Below, in pieces: positions 1 to 8,155 of a stretch of 32,000 nt of DNA (its first letter is position 1; each line of letters opens with the position of its first letter). This DNA comes from Nitrosopumilus cobalaminigenes (GTDB taxonomy: Archaea; Thermoproteota; Nitrososphaeria; Nitrososphaerales; Nitrosopumilaceae). The stretch covers positions 828,590 to 860,589 of the forward strand of contig NZ_CP026993.1 of the NCBI RefSeq assembly GCF_013407145.1, given 5' to 3'. The position numbers and the translations under genes are program-made. The notes below the pieces were generated by a model. That model saw only the letters and a list, made by a program, of their open reading frames with translations, was not told the origin of the DNA and searched no databases.

Positions 1-131
1 AACCAGTTACAATTACAACTGAAATGATTGGACATTATTTGGGAGAATATGTAATAACAAACAAGAGAGTTTCACACGGTGCCCCAGGTGTAGGTGCATC
101 AAGATCCAGTCTCTACGTGCCATTGAAGTGA
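1..131 (+). CDS. rps19: 30S ribosomal protein S19 (uS19), C-terminal fragment; 5' end lies outside the window
   Basis: Frame 3 reads [42 protein letters not shown] then TGA at 129-131. This matches the conserved uS19 C-terminus (GH..GE....HG.PG.GA..SS...PLK). It sits immediately upstream of L22, as in archaeal S10-type clusters. Confidence 0.85.
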   Translation, partial: PVTITTEMIGHYLGEYVITNKRVSHGAPGVGASRSSLYVPLK

Positions 132-136
132 TTATT

Positions 137-595
137 ATGGGTAGATTCAATTACGCTTTCCAAAATTATGACCCAACTAGACATGTACGTTCTTCATTAA
201 GAGAAAAAGACATCTCACACAAACATGCTCGTGAAGTTGCAGTGTCAATCAAAGGGCTATCAATTGAAAAAGCAAGAGATTATCTCATTGCAGTAATTGA
301 CAAAAAAAGAGCAGTTCCATTTAGAAGATATAAAAATCAAGTAGCACATAGACCAGACCCAGGAGTAATGTCTGGAAGATATCCACAAAAAACTGCAAAA
401 GAGTTCATTAAAGTTTTAGATAATTTAGAATCAAATGCAGAATACAAAGGAATGGATTTAGATAGATTAAGAATTGTAAACGCAACTGTTCACAAAGGAG
501 TTGTTGTAAAAAGATTTATCCCAAGAGCAATGGGAAGAGCAACTCCAAAGAATAATGTATTAACACACGTCGAATTGGTGGCAAAGGAGATTTAG
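137..595 (+). CDS. rpl22: 50S ribosomal protein L22 (uL22)
   Basis: Track ORF 128-595. I prefer the ATG at 137 (MGRFNYAF...) over the GTG at 128. uL22-like core [12 protein letters not shown]...[11 protein letters not shown]. Position between S19 and S3. Confidence 0.9.
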   Translation: MGRFNYAFQNYDPTRHVRSSLREKDISHKHAREVAVSIKGLSIEKARDYLIAVIDKKRAVPFRRYKNQVAHRPDPGVMSGRYPQKTAKEFIKVLDNLESNAEYKGMDLDRLRIVNATVHKGVVVKRFIPRAMGRATPKNNVLTHVELVAKEI

Positions 596-597
596 AA

Positions 598-1395
598 ATG
601 TCTGCAGTGAAAAATGTAATTAAAGATAACTACAACATGATGTTACTCAAAGATTATCTTAGAGAAGCAATTAAAGACGCAGGATTCTCACATGCAGAAA
701 TATCAAAAACACCAGTAGGAACAAGGGTCGCATTACATGTTACAAGACCAGGAATTGTAATTGGTAGAAAAGGTTCAGGAATTAGAACTTTAACAGAAAA
801 ACTAGCAACAGACTTTGGCTTAAAGAATCCTCAAATTTCTGTAGTAGAGATTGAAAAACCAGAACTTGCACCTAGTGTAATGTGTAACAGAATGGCATCT
901 CACTTGGAAAGAGGCACTGCATTTAGAAGGGCAACCATGTGGACTTTGAAACAAATTATGGAAGGGGGAGCAATGGGAGTTCAAATTACAATTTCAGGAA
1001 AACTTAGAGGTGATCGTTCAGCATTTGAAAAACACACTCAAGGAATTCTACCAAGAGCAGGACATCACGCAGAAATTATTGTTGATGAAGATATTGCCCA
1101 CGTAAAAACAGCAATGGGATTAATCGGAATTAGAATTAGAATTGCAAGAAAAGAAAAACTCATTCCAGAATTTGAAATGAGAGTTGAAAAAGAGGAAAAG
1201 TCAAAGAAAGGAAAACAAGCACCAGAAGAAAAAATCAAAGTTGAAGAAATTGAAGTTGAAGGTGCTAAAGTTGAAGTTGTTAAAGTTCAAGGAAAAGAAG
1301 ATACTGCTAAATCAGAATCAGAAAGAATTGCTCTTGAAGCAAAGAAAATGGAGAAAATTGAAACATTAGAAGAAGAGGAGGCCAAATTGAAATGA
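598..1395 (+). CDS. rps3: 30S ribosomal protein S3 (uS3) with a long Lys/Glu-rich C-terminal extension
   Basis: KH-domain region [18 protein letters not shown] and [14 protein letters not shown] are typical of uS3. The last ~70 aa are low-complexity K/E/V. ATG at 598. Confidence 0.92.
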   Translation: MSAVKNVIKDNYNMMLLKDYLREAIKDAGFSHAEISKTPVGTRVALHVTRPGIVIGRKGSGIRTLTEKLATDFGLKNPQISVVEIEKPELAPSVMCNRMASHLERGTAFRRATMWTLKQIMEGGAMGVQITISGKLRGDRSAFEKHTQGILPRAGHHAEIIVDEDIAHVKTAMGLIGIRIRIARKEKLIPEFEMRVEKEEKSKKGKQAPEEKIKVEEIEVEGAKVEVVKVQGKEDTAKSESERIALEAKKMEKIETLEEEEAKLK

Positions 1396-1598
1396 CCAGA
1401 CTCAGTATGAAGACAATTAGACAGTTAAACGAGAAAGATCTAAAAAGTAAAGTTCAAGAATCACGTTCTGAGCTTGCAAAACTTAGAATTGACGCTTCAA
1501 AAGGAACATTAAGAAAAGAAAGTGGAAAATTAAAGCCAGTACGTCGCGACATTGCAAGAATGCTTACCAGATTAAACGAGGAGAGGAACGAGAAATGA
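1392..1598 (+). CDS. rpl29: 50S ribosomal protein L29 (uL29)
   Basis: 68 aa, [30 protein letters not shown] pattern. ATGA overlap with the S3 stop. Confidence 0.88.
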   Translation: MTRLSMKTIRQLNEKDLKSKVQESRSELAKLRIDASKGTLRKESGKLKPVRRDIARMLTRLNEERNEK

Positions 1599-1861
1599 TT
1601 ACCGCAGACAACATAACATCACATGAATTTTTGGGATTAAACACTGAGATCATCAAATCAACTAACCCTCAAGTAATAGGATTAAATGGAAGAATTGTCA
1701 ATGAAACAAAATCCATGTTCACAATAAACACCGAAAAAGGTCATAAATCAATTGCAAAATCTACAAATAATTGGAAATTCTCTATCGAAGGAAAAGATGT
1801 CGTAGTTGAAGGTACTAAAATTTCAAAAAGACCATTTGACAGAATAGGAGGAAAAGCATGA
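1595..1861 (+). CDS. rnp1: RNase P protein component 1 (Rpp29/Pop4 homologue)
   Basis: 88 aa with LGLNTEIIKSTNPQVIGLNGRIVNETKSMFTI (Rpp29 Sm-like barrel pattern). Canonical archaeal position between L29 and S17. ATGA overlap. Confidence 0.8.
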   Translation: MITADNITSHEFLGLNTEIIKSTNPQVIGLNGRIVNETKSMFTINTEKGHKSIAKSTNNWKFSIEGKDVVVEGTKISKRPFDRIGGKA

Positions 1862-2181
1862 CTCAAAATATAGGACTAAAAGTAAAAGAACCAACTAGAG
1901 AATGTGAAGACAAACATTGTCCATTCCACGGAGGTCTTTCAATCAGAGGAAAACTCTTTGATGGAAAAGTTACAGGAGCAAAAGCAAAACAAACTATCAC
2001 ATTACAAAAAGATGCACCAATTTACTTTAGTAAATTTAAGAGATATGCAAGAGGTACAAGTACAATTCATGCACATGTTCCTGGATGTATTGATGTTGAA
2101 GCAGGAGATCATGTATTGACTGCAGAATGCAGACCATTATCAAAATCAGTCTGCTATGTTGTTGTGGAGGTTAAAGCATAA
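1858..2181 (+). CDS. rps17: 30S ribosomal protein S17 (uS17)
   Basis: CEDKHCPFHGGLSIRGKLFDGKV... is a typical archaeal S17 N-terminus. Operon position. Confidence 0.9.
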   Translation: MTQNIGLKVKEPTRECEDKHCPFHGGLSIRGKLFDGKVTGAKAKQTITLQKDAPIYFSKFKRYARGTSTIHAHVPGCIDVEAGDHVLTAECRPLSKSVCYVVVEVKA

Positions 2182-2603
2182 TGGCAAAGCAAGCAGGTAA
2201 AGGAGTAGAAGAATTCCGACCATATGTAACTAAAGTAATACCAGTTGGCGCAAACATTGTTTGTGCAGATAATTCGGGTGCAAAAATATTAGAAGTAATC
2301 AATGTTCCAAGACATAAAACAAGAGCATCAAGACTTCCTTCAGCATCAGTTGGAGACTTTTGTAATGTTGTTGTAAAGAAAGGACCAGCAGAGTTAAGAA
2401 AGCAAGTTTACGGTGCAGTAATAATTAGACAAAAATATGCAGTTCGCAGATTAAACGGTGTAAGAGTTTGTTTTGAAGATAACGCAGCAGTGTTAATCAC
2501 TCCAGAAGGAGAAACCAAAGGAACAGACATCAAAGGACCAGTAGCAGCTGAAGCAACAGAGAAATGGCCAAGAGTAGCAAACTTGGCATCAATGGTGGTA
2601 TAA
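2181..2603 (+). CDS. rpl14: 50S ribosomal protein L14 (uL14)
   Basis: VGANIVCADNSGAK...VVKKG...AVIIRQK...FEDNAAVLI is the uL14 pattern. TAATG overlap with S17. Confidence 0.92.
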   Translation: MAKQAGKGVEEFRPYVTKVIPVGANIVCADNSGAKILEVINVPRHKTRASRLPSASVGDFCNVVVKKGPAELRKQVYGAVIIRQKYAVRRLNGVRVCFEDNAAVLITPEGETKGTDIKGPVAAEATEKWPRVANLASMVV

Positions 2604-2607
2604 GAAA

Positions 2608-3060
2608 ATGAAACCAACAAAAATGCGTAACCAGATGATTTATCAGGCAACTTACAATACTAAAAGTAAACAACTTGCAGCTGCTCTTTCAAAAGATCTT
2701 CATAAAAAATACGGTAAAAGAAGTGTAAGAGTTGTTGAAGGCGACAGCGTTACAATTCTAAGAGGAGAATTCAAAGGAGTGGATGGTAAAATAGAAAAAG
2801 TATCCACACAAAAAAATAGTGTTGCAATTGGAGGAATTAAAAAAGAAGCTACGAAAGGAGAAAAATATGATGTCTACATTCACACATCCAACCTAGTTGT
2901 AACTTCACTTAATGGTGATGATAAATGGAGAATTGCAAAATTAGAAGGCAAAGATCCTAGAAAACAACCAAAGACAGAAACAAAACCAGAAGCAAAAAAT
3001 GAAGCCCCTAAAGAAACAAAAGTAGCAGATAAGCCAAAAAAGAAGGAAGATGAGAATTAA
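2608..3060 (+). CDS. rpl24: 50S ribosomal protein L24 (uL24) with a Lys/Pro/Glu-rich C-terminal tail
   Basis: KOW motif VRVVEGDSVTILRGEFKGVDGKIEKV. The tail KDPRKQPKTETKPEAKNEAPKETKVADKPKKKEDEN is low complexity. Confidence 0.88.
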   Translation: MKPTKMRNQMIYQATYNTKSKQLAAALSKDLHKKYGKRSVRVVEGDSVTILRGEFKGVDGKIEKVSTQKNSVAIGGIKKEATKGEKYDVYIHTSNLVVTSLNGDDKWRIAKLEGKDPRKQPKTETKPEAKNEAPKETKVADKPKKKEDEN

Positions 3061-3776
3061 TGGTAAGTATTTCAGGTAGTAAGAAACTCAAACGTCAAAT
3101 GGCCCCACAGTTTTGGGGAATTACCAGAAAAGACAAAAGATTTGTAATTACAGTAAAACCAGGTCCACACAAAAAGAGCTATTCTGTTCCAACAGCAGTA
3201 TTTCTTAGAGATATGCTAAGTATTGTTACTAGTTTAAGAGAAGCAAAAACTTCAATTTATTCTGGACGAGTAAAGATTGACGGAGTTGTTAGAAAATCAC
3301 TTCATCATGCAATTGGATTAATGGATGTAGTTGAATTACAAGATGTTTCAGATATTTATCGTCTAGTACCAACTGAAGATAAATTACTAAAACCAATTAA
3401 GATCAATGAATCAGAAAAATCTAAAAAATTAGTAAGAGTTACAAGTAAAACAACAATCAACAAAGGAAAATTACAAATTGGATTCCATGATGGGCGTGCA
3501 ATTATTTCAGATACAAAAGTAAATGTCGGAGATGCTTGTTTAATACAAATTCCAGAACAAAAAATTATTGAAGTAATAAAATTAGAAGAAGGATGTCAAG
3601 GTTTAGTCACACGCGGAAACAATGCAGGACAGATTGGTAAAATAGAAACCATAGAAGAAGGAACATTCATTCTACCAAAAAGAGTTATTCTTGCATTAGG
3701 TGATAGAAAAATCGAAATCCCTGCAGACATCATTATGCCAATTGGAAAAGAGGAGCCAATAATTCAATTAAAGTGA
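3060..3776 (+). CDS. rps4e: 30S ribosomal protein S4e (eS4)
   Basis: 238 aa. GSKKLKRQMAPQFWGI..K...FV..P.PGPH at the N-terminus is diagnostic of eS4. Operon position between L24 and L5. Confidence 0.92.
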   Translation: MVSISGSKKLKRQMAPQFWGITRKDKRFVITVKPGPHKKSYSVPTAVFLRDMLSIVTSLREAKTSIYSGRVKIDGVVRKSLHHAIGLMDVVELQDVSDIYRLVPTEDKLLKPIKINESEKSKKLVRVTSKTTINKGKLQIGFHDGRAIISDTKVNVGDACLIQIPEQKIIEVIKLEEGCQGLVTRGNNAGQIGKIETIEEGTFILPKRVILALGDRKIEIPADIIMPIGKEEPIIQLK

Positions 3777-3780
3777 TCTT

Positions 3781-4302
3781 ATGTCCCAAGTAACAGAATC
3801 CCCAATGAAAAAAATCTCATTAGAGAAAGTTGTCTTAAACATGGGTTTAGGCAAATCTGGTGATGTAATTAACATTGCAGAAAAAGCATTAGAACAAATT
3901 TCAGGTAAAAAACCATCTAAACGTTTAGCAAAAGCAGCTTACAGAGATTGGGGAGTCAGAAAAGGTGAACCAATAGGAGTAGCAGTTACAGTTCGGGGGG
4001 AAGATGGAGTTGCATTACTAAAACGATTACTAGAAGCTAAAGGTAACACAGTAAACGGAAAATCATTTGATAACTTTGGTAACTTTTCATTTGGAATTAA
4101 CGAACATATCGACATCCCAGGAGTAAAATATGATCCACAAATCGGAATTCTTGGTTTAGGGATTTCAATTACATTGACAAGACCAGGATATGGAATTAGA
4201 ACTAGAAGTAAACACAAAGCAAGTGTTGGTAAATCTCATGTTATCAAAAGTCAAGAAGCAAAAGATTATCTATCAAAAGAATTTGGAGTCACCATAACAT
4301 AA
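3781..4302 (+). CDS. rpl5: 50S ribosomal protein L5 (uL5)
   Basis: KVVLNMGLG...FGINEHIDIPGVKYDPQIGILGL is the uL5 pattern. Confidence 0.92.
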   Translation: MSQVTESPMKKISLEKVVLNMGLGKSGDVINIAEKALEQISGKKPSKRLAKAAYRDWGVRKGEPIGVAVTVRGEDGVALLKRLLEAKGNTVNGKSFDNFGNFSFGINEHIDIPGVKYDPQIGILGLGISITLTRPGYGIRTRSKHKASVGKSHVIKSQEAKDYLSKEFGVTIT

Positions 4303-4481
4303 TGGCAAAAGATAGATCCTACGAGGCAACTGGTAGAAAGAAACATGACTTTGGACGAGGTTCAAGATGGTGTAAAAGATGTGGAGATTATACTGCAGTT
4401 ATTCAAAAATATGATTTAATGTTATGTAGACGATGCTTCAGAGAAGTAGCAACATCTTTAGGGTTCAGGAAAAATAAGTGA
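4302..4481 (+). CDS. rps14: 30S ribosomal protein S14 type Z (uS14, zinc-binding); absent from the ORF track because it is 59 aa
   Basis: My own translation gives MAKDRSYEATGRKKHDFGRGSRWCKRCGDYTAVIQKYDLMLCRRCFREVATSLGFRKNK, with TGA at 4479-4481. CxxC...CxxC zinc ribbon. TAATG overlap with the L5 stop. Canonical slot between L5 and S8. Confidence 0.9.
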   Translation: MAKDRSYEATGRKKHDFGRGSRWCKRCGDYTAVIQKYDLMLCRRCFREVATSLGFRKNK

Positions 4482-4487
4482 GATAAC

Positions 4488-4880
4488 ATGCCTGCAACAA
4501 ACATCTTAGCAAATCTATTTGTCACATTATACAACAATGAAACTAGAAGGAAATCAGATTGTGTTATTCTTCCAACATCAAAATTAGGAATTGAAGTTCT
4601 CAAAACATTACAGAAAGATGGATACATTGGAGAATTTGAACACATTGATGATAAAAGAGGCGGAAAATTCAAAATAAAACTATTAGCAAAAATAAACAAA
4701 TGTGGAGCAATATCCCCAAGATTCAAAGTCAAAAATGACGAATACAATAGTTGGGAACAACAATACTTGCCAGCATATGACAGAGGAATGCTTCTTGTTA
4801 CAACAAACCAAGGAGTAATGTCTCATCACGACGCATCACAAAAAGGGATTGGAGGATTTTTGATAGGATATGTCTACTAA
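4488..4880 (+). CDS. rps8: 30S ribosomal protein S8 (uS8)
   Basis: NILANLFVTLYNNE..., GYIGEFEHIDD, and a C-terminal GGFLIGYVY typical of uS8. Confidence 0.92.
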   Translation: MPATNILANLFVTLYNNETRRKSDCVILPTSKLGIEVLKTLQKDGYIGEFEHIDDKRGGKFKIKLLAKINKCGAISPRFKVKNDEYNSWEQQYLPAYDRGMLLVTTNQGVMSHHDASQKGIGGFLIGYVY

Positions 4881-5427
4881 ACAAATAGAAGAATTCAAAG
4901 ATCAGGTAGATATTCCTGAAGGAGTTACAGTTACAGTTAACAAACACATGGTATCATTTGTTGGACCACTAGGAAAAACTCACAAGAGTTTCAGAACCAT
5001 ACCAATCAAAGTAGAAGTTACTGAGGGAAAAATATTACTTACAGCAATTGAACATAAAAAAAGAGATTATGCAATTTTACATACAGCAAGATCAATTATT
5101 AGAAATATTTGTGAAGGTCTAGTTAGTGGATATACAATTAAAATGAAACTTGTATTTTCTCACTTTCCTATTACAGTAAAAGTTGAAGGGAAAAAGGTCT
5201 TGATTGAAAACTTCCAAGGAGAACGTGCTCCAAGAATTACACATATTGTTGGCAATACCAAAGTAGTTCCAAAAGGGGAAGACGTAATTCTTACAGGAGA
5301 AGTGTGGACTGACATTACTCAAACTGCAGCAAACATTGAACTAAAATCTAAAGTTAAAAACAAAGATCATAGAGTATTCTTAGATGGTATCTATGTATTT
5401 GAAAAGAAAAAAGGCATAGACAAATAG
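4870..5427 (+). CDS. rpl6: 50S ribosomal protein L6 (uL6)
   Basis: 185 aa with two-repeat uL6 architecture (VTVTVNKHMVSFVGPLGK..., FPITVKVEGKKVLIENFQGE). Overlaps the S8 end by 11 nt. Confidence 0.9.
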   Translation: MSTKQIEEFKDQVDIPEGVTVTVNKHMVSFVGPLGKTHKSFRTIPIKVEVTEGKILLTAIEHKKRDYAILHTARSIIRNICEGLVSGYTIKMKLVFSHFPITVKVEGKKVLIENFQGERAPRITHIVGNTKVVPKGEDVILTGEVWTDITQTAANIELKSKVKNKDHRVFLDGIYVFEKKKGIDK

Positions 5428-5442
5428 AATCTTCATTATCAA

Positions 5443-5730
5443 ATGACCCTAGACCCTGAATTTTCAAAACAAACAACTGATTTAATTCAACAAACATTAG
5501 AATTATACAAATCTGCAGGAGCTTCTCCAAGAATTGGTGAAACATGGGAGTGTGGAAACATTGGAGATTTTTTGTGTGGTTTTTTTGTTGGTGAGATGGT
5601 AGGTTCAGCACTAAGTGCGTTCCAAATCGTCCATCAAAGAGAACCAACAGCAGATGAACACTTGGAAATTATTGAATTAGTGGAAAGTCACGCAAAAGAA
5701 ATCAAAGAATTTTTTGCCAAATTTAACTGA
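5443..5730 (+). CDS. hypothetical 95-aa protein, occupying the slot where L32e/L19e would normally follow L6
   Basis: ORF-track entry with a protein-like composition. The antisense alternative 5354-5647 looks spurious. I recognise no family. Confidence 0.55.
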   Translation: MTLDPEFSKQTTDLIQQTLELYKSAGASPRIGETWECGNIGDFLCGFFVGEMVGSALSAFQIVHQREPTADEHLEIIELVESHAKEIKEFFAKFN

Positions 5731-5770
5731 ACATTTACAAACTTTAGTCTATTTTCCATAGTCGCAAAGA

Positions 5771-5778
5771 TTAAATCA
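5771..5778 (+). promoter_or_regulatory. candidate TATA box for tRNA-Asn
   Basis: TTAAATCA is centred about 27 nt upstream of tRNA position 1, the usual archaeal spacing. Confidence 0.35.
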
Positions 5779-5801
5779 CTTTTGCCAAGGTAAAATCGTG
5801 T

Positions 5802-5875
5802 GCCTCCCTAGCTCAGCGTGGTAGAGCAACCGGCTGTTAACCGGTTGGTCACCAGTTCAAGTCTGGTGGGAGGCG
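5802..5875 (+). tRNA. tRNA-Asn (anticodon GTT)
   Basis: Hand-folded cloverleaf:
- acceptor GCCTCCC / GGGAGGC;
- D arm GCTC...GAGC;
- anticodon stem ACCGG / CCGGT with loop CTGTTAA (GTT at 5836-5838);
- T arm ACCAG TTCAAGT CTGGT;
- discriminator G.
No encoded CCA and no intron. Confidence 0.93.
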
Positions 5876-5878
5876 CTC

Positions 5879-5907
5879 TTATTTCTAAACTCGAGTTTTG
5901 AAACATT
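5879..5907 (+). repeat. palindromic element copy 1 (TTATTTCTAAACTCGAGTTTTGAAACATT)
   Basis: Dyad core at 5882-5903, starting 4 nt after the tRNA 3' end. The centre is CTCGAG instead of TTCGAA, a symmetric double change. Confidence 0.8.
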
Positions 5908-5946
5908 ATTTTTCTATACTTGTAGCATAATCATAGGACATAATAA

Positions 5947-5978
5947 ATTATATTTCTAAATTCGAATTTAGAAACATT
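5947..5978 (+). repeat. palindromic element copy 2 (ATTATATTTCTAAATTCGAATTTAGAAACATT)
   Basis: Perfect 22-bp dyad TTTCTAAATTCGAATTTAGAAA at 5953-5974. It is identical over 32 nt to copy 4. Confidence 0.85.
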
Positions 5979-6064
5979 GATCGGTTGTTAGTAATTAGTT
6001 TACTCTATTAGACAACATAGATCTAATAGATGATCGCACATTAAGAATATGCAGGAGGTTTACA

Positions 6065-6313
6065 TTGGTCAGAACTAGAAGGGCCAACAGATATTGTGTT
6101 GATTGCGGTGCAAGATTAGTGTATTACCCAAGATTATCAAACCCTAAAGCACCAAACGAACACAGAGTTCTAGTTTACGCTTGTCCTGATTGTACAGATG
6201 ACTTTGAAAAACCAAAAATGTTTTCAATAAGAAGAAATCAAGTAGAAGATCCATTGGAAACAGTTGAAATTGAAATAACTCAACTACAGAAAAAAGCAAT
6301 TGTTGCAAAATAG
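6065..6313 (+). CDS. small zinc-ribbon protein (82 aa), apparent TTG start
   Basis: CVDCG...CPDC four-cysteine ribbon. An AGGAGG-like stretch lies just upstream. No family recognised. Confidence 0.55.
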   Translation: MVRTRRANRYCVDCGARLVYYPRLSNPKAPNEHRVLVYACPDCTDDFEKPKMFSIRRNQVEDPLETVEIEITQLQKKAIVAK

Positions 6314-6321
6314 AGAAAAAT

Positions 6322-6549
6322 ATGTCCCGACCTGAAAAACAAAGAAGCAATGTTTGGTTTTTGTTACCAATTTTCTTTGGAGTGATAGGAGGAATTATTG
6401 CATTTTTTATCATCAGACAAGATGATCCACGAAAAGCAAGAAATTGTCTCTATCTAGGAATTGCATTTATGATCATGGGAATAATTCTCAACGTATTCAT
6501 GATAGCAACAGTTCCAGGTTTAGATTCAGGTTTCAATGTAAACATCTAG
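6322..6549 (+). CDS. small membrane protein (75 aa, two predicted TM helices)
   Basis: Two hydrophobic spans: VWFLLPIFFGVIGGIIAFFII and LYLGIAFMIMGIILNVFMIATV. Starts 9 nt after the Zn-ribbon ORF. Confidence 0.6.
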   Translation: MSRPEKQRSNVWFLLPIFFGVIGGIIAFFIIRQDDPRKARNCLYLGIAFMIMGIILNVFMIATVPGLDSGFNVNI

Positions 6550-6584
6550 ATAATTTTCATTTGTTTTTCAGGTAAAGAAAATCA

Positions 6585-6613
6585 TTATTTCTAAACTCGA
6601 ATTTAGAAACATT
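6585..6613 (+). repeat. palindromic element copy 3 (TTATTTCTAAACTCGAATTTAGAAACATT)
   Basis: Core at 6588-6609 with one half-site substitution (T to C). Lies 36 nt after the stop of ORF 6322-6549. Confidence 0.8.
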
Positions 6614-6676
6614 ATAAATTCAGCATGGCAATCATATTGTTTTAGAATCATATAGAACTAAGTAGAGGTATTTTTT

Positions 6677-7126
6677 ATGAGTGCATCCAGAATGAGAGAT
6701 AACGTAGAAAGATGGGTAATTCATGAAGGACTTTCCTTTGAAGAAGTAAAAAATCCAGAGAATAGTTTTCAAATTCTAGTTAAACATGCAGGGCAATATG
6801 GGATCCCAGTAGATGTGTTTGAACCAAAAGGTCAACCAGGAATTCTAGTAATAGGTGCCAAAGTAGTGATGAAAAATAATCAAATTGCAAGATATCTAGG
6901 GTTTAGCCCGGATGAAAAGGAAAAATTTGAGAAAAAAGTGTCAGATTTTTGTTATTCAATACAAGCGATTAACAAAATCATTACAGAAGATGGAAAACAA
7001 AAGGTGGGAGTATATGTTGTAATGGATGATAAAGAAAACATCAATCAACAAACAATGCTTGAAGCAATAGACAGTGTTTCTGAAAAATATGATAAAACTG
7101 CCAGATTTTTGTTAAAAACATTCTAA
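6677..7126 (+). CDS. hypothetical cytosolic protein (149 aa); possibly a YbjN/DUF2299-like fold
   Basis: ORF-track entry with a globular composition. The family guess rests only on overall pattern and is weak. Confidence 0.6.
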   Translation: MSASRMRDNVERWVIHEGLSFEEVKNPENSFQILVKHAGQYGIPVDVFEPKGQPGILVIGAKVVMKNNQIARYLGFSPDEKEKFEKKVSDFCYSIQAINKIITEDGKQKVGVYVVMDDKENINQQTMLEAIDSVSEKYDKTARFLLKTF

Positions 7127-7186
7127 ATTATAGACGATTTATCAGTTCTACGCGGGCCTTTTATCATAAATTCACCAGTATAGAGT

Positions 7187-7336
7187 ATGAAAACAACAAT
7201 TTTTACAAGAAAAAACAAACAAAACCAAACTTCAAAAGCAAATTTTTTACAAAACCAGGTTTTGAAATTCAAGGCTTCAAAAAATAAAGTGTTTATTTTG
7301 ACAGCAGTCGCAACTATGATGGTGTTTATAAAATGA
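7187..7336 (+). CDS. micro-ORF a, 49 aa, basic N-terminus plus a C-terminal hydrophobic helix (tail-anchor-like)
   Basis: My own translation gives MKTTIFTRKNKQNQTSKANFLQNQVLKFKASKNKVFILTAVATMMVFIK. Its stop overlaps the next ATG (ATGA at 7333-7336). Confidence 0.3.
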   Translation: MKTTIFTRKNKQNQTSKANFLQNQVLKFKASKNKVFILTAVATMMVFIK

Positions 7337-7455
7337 ACATCTTCAACGTGTTATTCAGACATACAGCAAAAAACTATGAAGTTAGCGTCAGCATCAATGT
7401 GAGTAAACTCAGATTAGAGCATGCAACTTCAAAATTGGAGGTAATTCAGAATTGA
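7333..7455 (+). CDS. micro-ORF b, 40 aa
   Basis: MNIFNVLFRHTAKNYEVSVSINVSKLRLEHATSKLEVIQN. ATGA coupling to micro-ORF a. Confidence 0.25.
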   Translation: MNIFNVLFRHTAKNYEVSVSINVSKLRLEHATSKLEVIQN

Positions 7456-7666
7456 ATTTACTCAGTATGATAGGAGAAATTCTTGACACATACGAAAAAT
7501 CTGAAGGTGAACCACCTTGAGTAATTTTTTCAAAGTAATGGGGATTGCATTGGCAGTACACTTCATTGTGAAAACAGTTCAGAAAGAATTGAAACAATTT
7601 GAAGCGTAATGGTCAACAATACCTCTTTTGGGGGACATCCCCCCTATTTTGAGTAAAATCCACCAT

Positions 7667-7696
7667 ATCACAAGATATCACAGGGTATCACAGGGT
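7667..7696. repeat. three head-to-tail 10-bp repeats: TATCACAAGA TATCACAGGG TATCACAGGG
   Basis: TATCACA starts at 7667, 7677 and 7687, an exact 10-bp (one helical turn) phasing. Lies about 60 nt upstream of micro-ORF e. Confidence 0.8.
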
Positions 7697-7758
7697 AAAT
7701 TGAGTGTATTTTCATCAAACATACAAGTGGTTAATACAAAAATTATCTACATAAAATC

Positions 7759-7884
7759 ATGGATTTAGGGGCATTATTCAATTCAGATGCATTAATGGAA
7801 GCAGCCACCGGAGTAGCCAATCAGATGATGACGGCAACAACAGGTTTGGTTGACAAATTAATGTCATCAGTGATGTTGGGTTAA
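7759..7884 (+). CDS. micro-ORF e, 41 aa, Met/Ala/Thr-rich helical peptide
   Basis: MDLGALFNSDALMEAATGVANQMMTATTGLVDKLMSSVMLG. An AT-rich TATA-like stretch lies 15-30 nt upstream. Followed by a C6 tract at 7924-7929. Confidence 0.35.
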   Translation: MDLGALFNSDALMEAATGVANQMMTATTGLVDKLMSSVMLG

Positions 7885-7996
7885 AGTATAATTGCAAGAT
7901 TTGGCGGTATTTTTTCTAAAAAACCCCCCTTATTTGGCATAAAATGTGTGTCCAAAAATGCACACATACAGTCAAATCAAAATTTTTCATAAATGA

Positions 7997-8155
7997 ATGA
8001 TGAATAAAATAGCATTACAAATTGACGAGACAAAAATCAATGAGACGTTTGAATCTACAAACAATATTTTTGATGAATTCAGAGAGTTATCATCAAGTCT
8101 TTTTCTGCAAGTTTTTGATTGGATTACATCAATTACAGAAAATTTGATCAATTGA
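7997..8155 (+). CDS. micro-ORF f, 52 aa
   Basis: MMNKIALQIDETKINETFESTNNIFDEFRELSSSLFLQVFDWITSITENLIN. Preceded by the inverted repeat ATGTGTG(N10)CACACAT at 7944-7967 and followed by a C7 tract at 8188-8194. Confidence 0.35.
   Translation: MMNKIALQIDETKINETFESTNNIFDEFRELSSSLFLQVFDWITSITENLIN

Noticed and set aside
1184-1369. 61-aa alternative-frame ORF (poly-Lys/Leu) inside the 3' part of rps3, and similarly 10039-10326 inside the Lys/Ala-rich gene
   Set aside because: Both arise automatically from AAG/GAA- or GCA/AAA-rich low-complexity coding sequence read in another frame. The primary frames are supported by conserved uS3 sequence and by the repeat structure.
1904-6413. Track ORFs overlapping ribosomal protein and neighbouring genes in other frames or antisense: 1904-2119, 2408-2650, 3939-4217, 4403-4747, 5119-5322, 5354-5647, 6144-6413
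   Set aside because: Each is fully embedded in or antisense to a gene with a clear conserved product. They have the F/L/S/C/I-rich composition typical of antisense frames in AT-rich DNA.
7409-7597. 62-aa minus-strand ORF in the ORF-poor island
   Set aside because: It has an antisense-like Cys/Phe/Asn-rich composition and no coupling or upstream promoter-like sequence. It overlaps the better-organised plus-strand micro-ORF chain. Kept only as a remote possibility.
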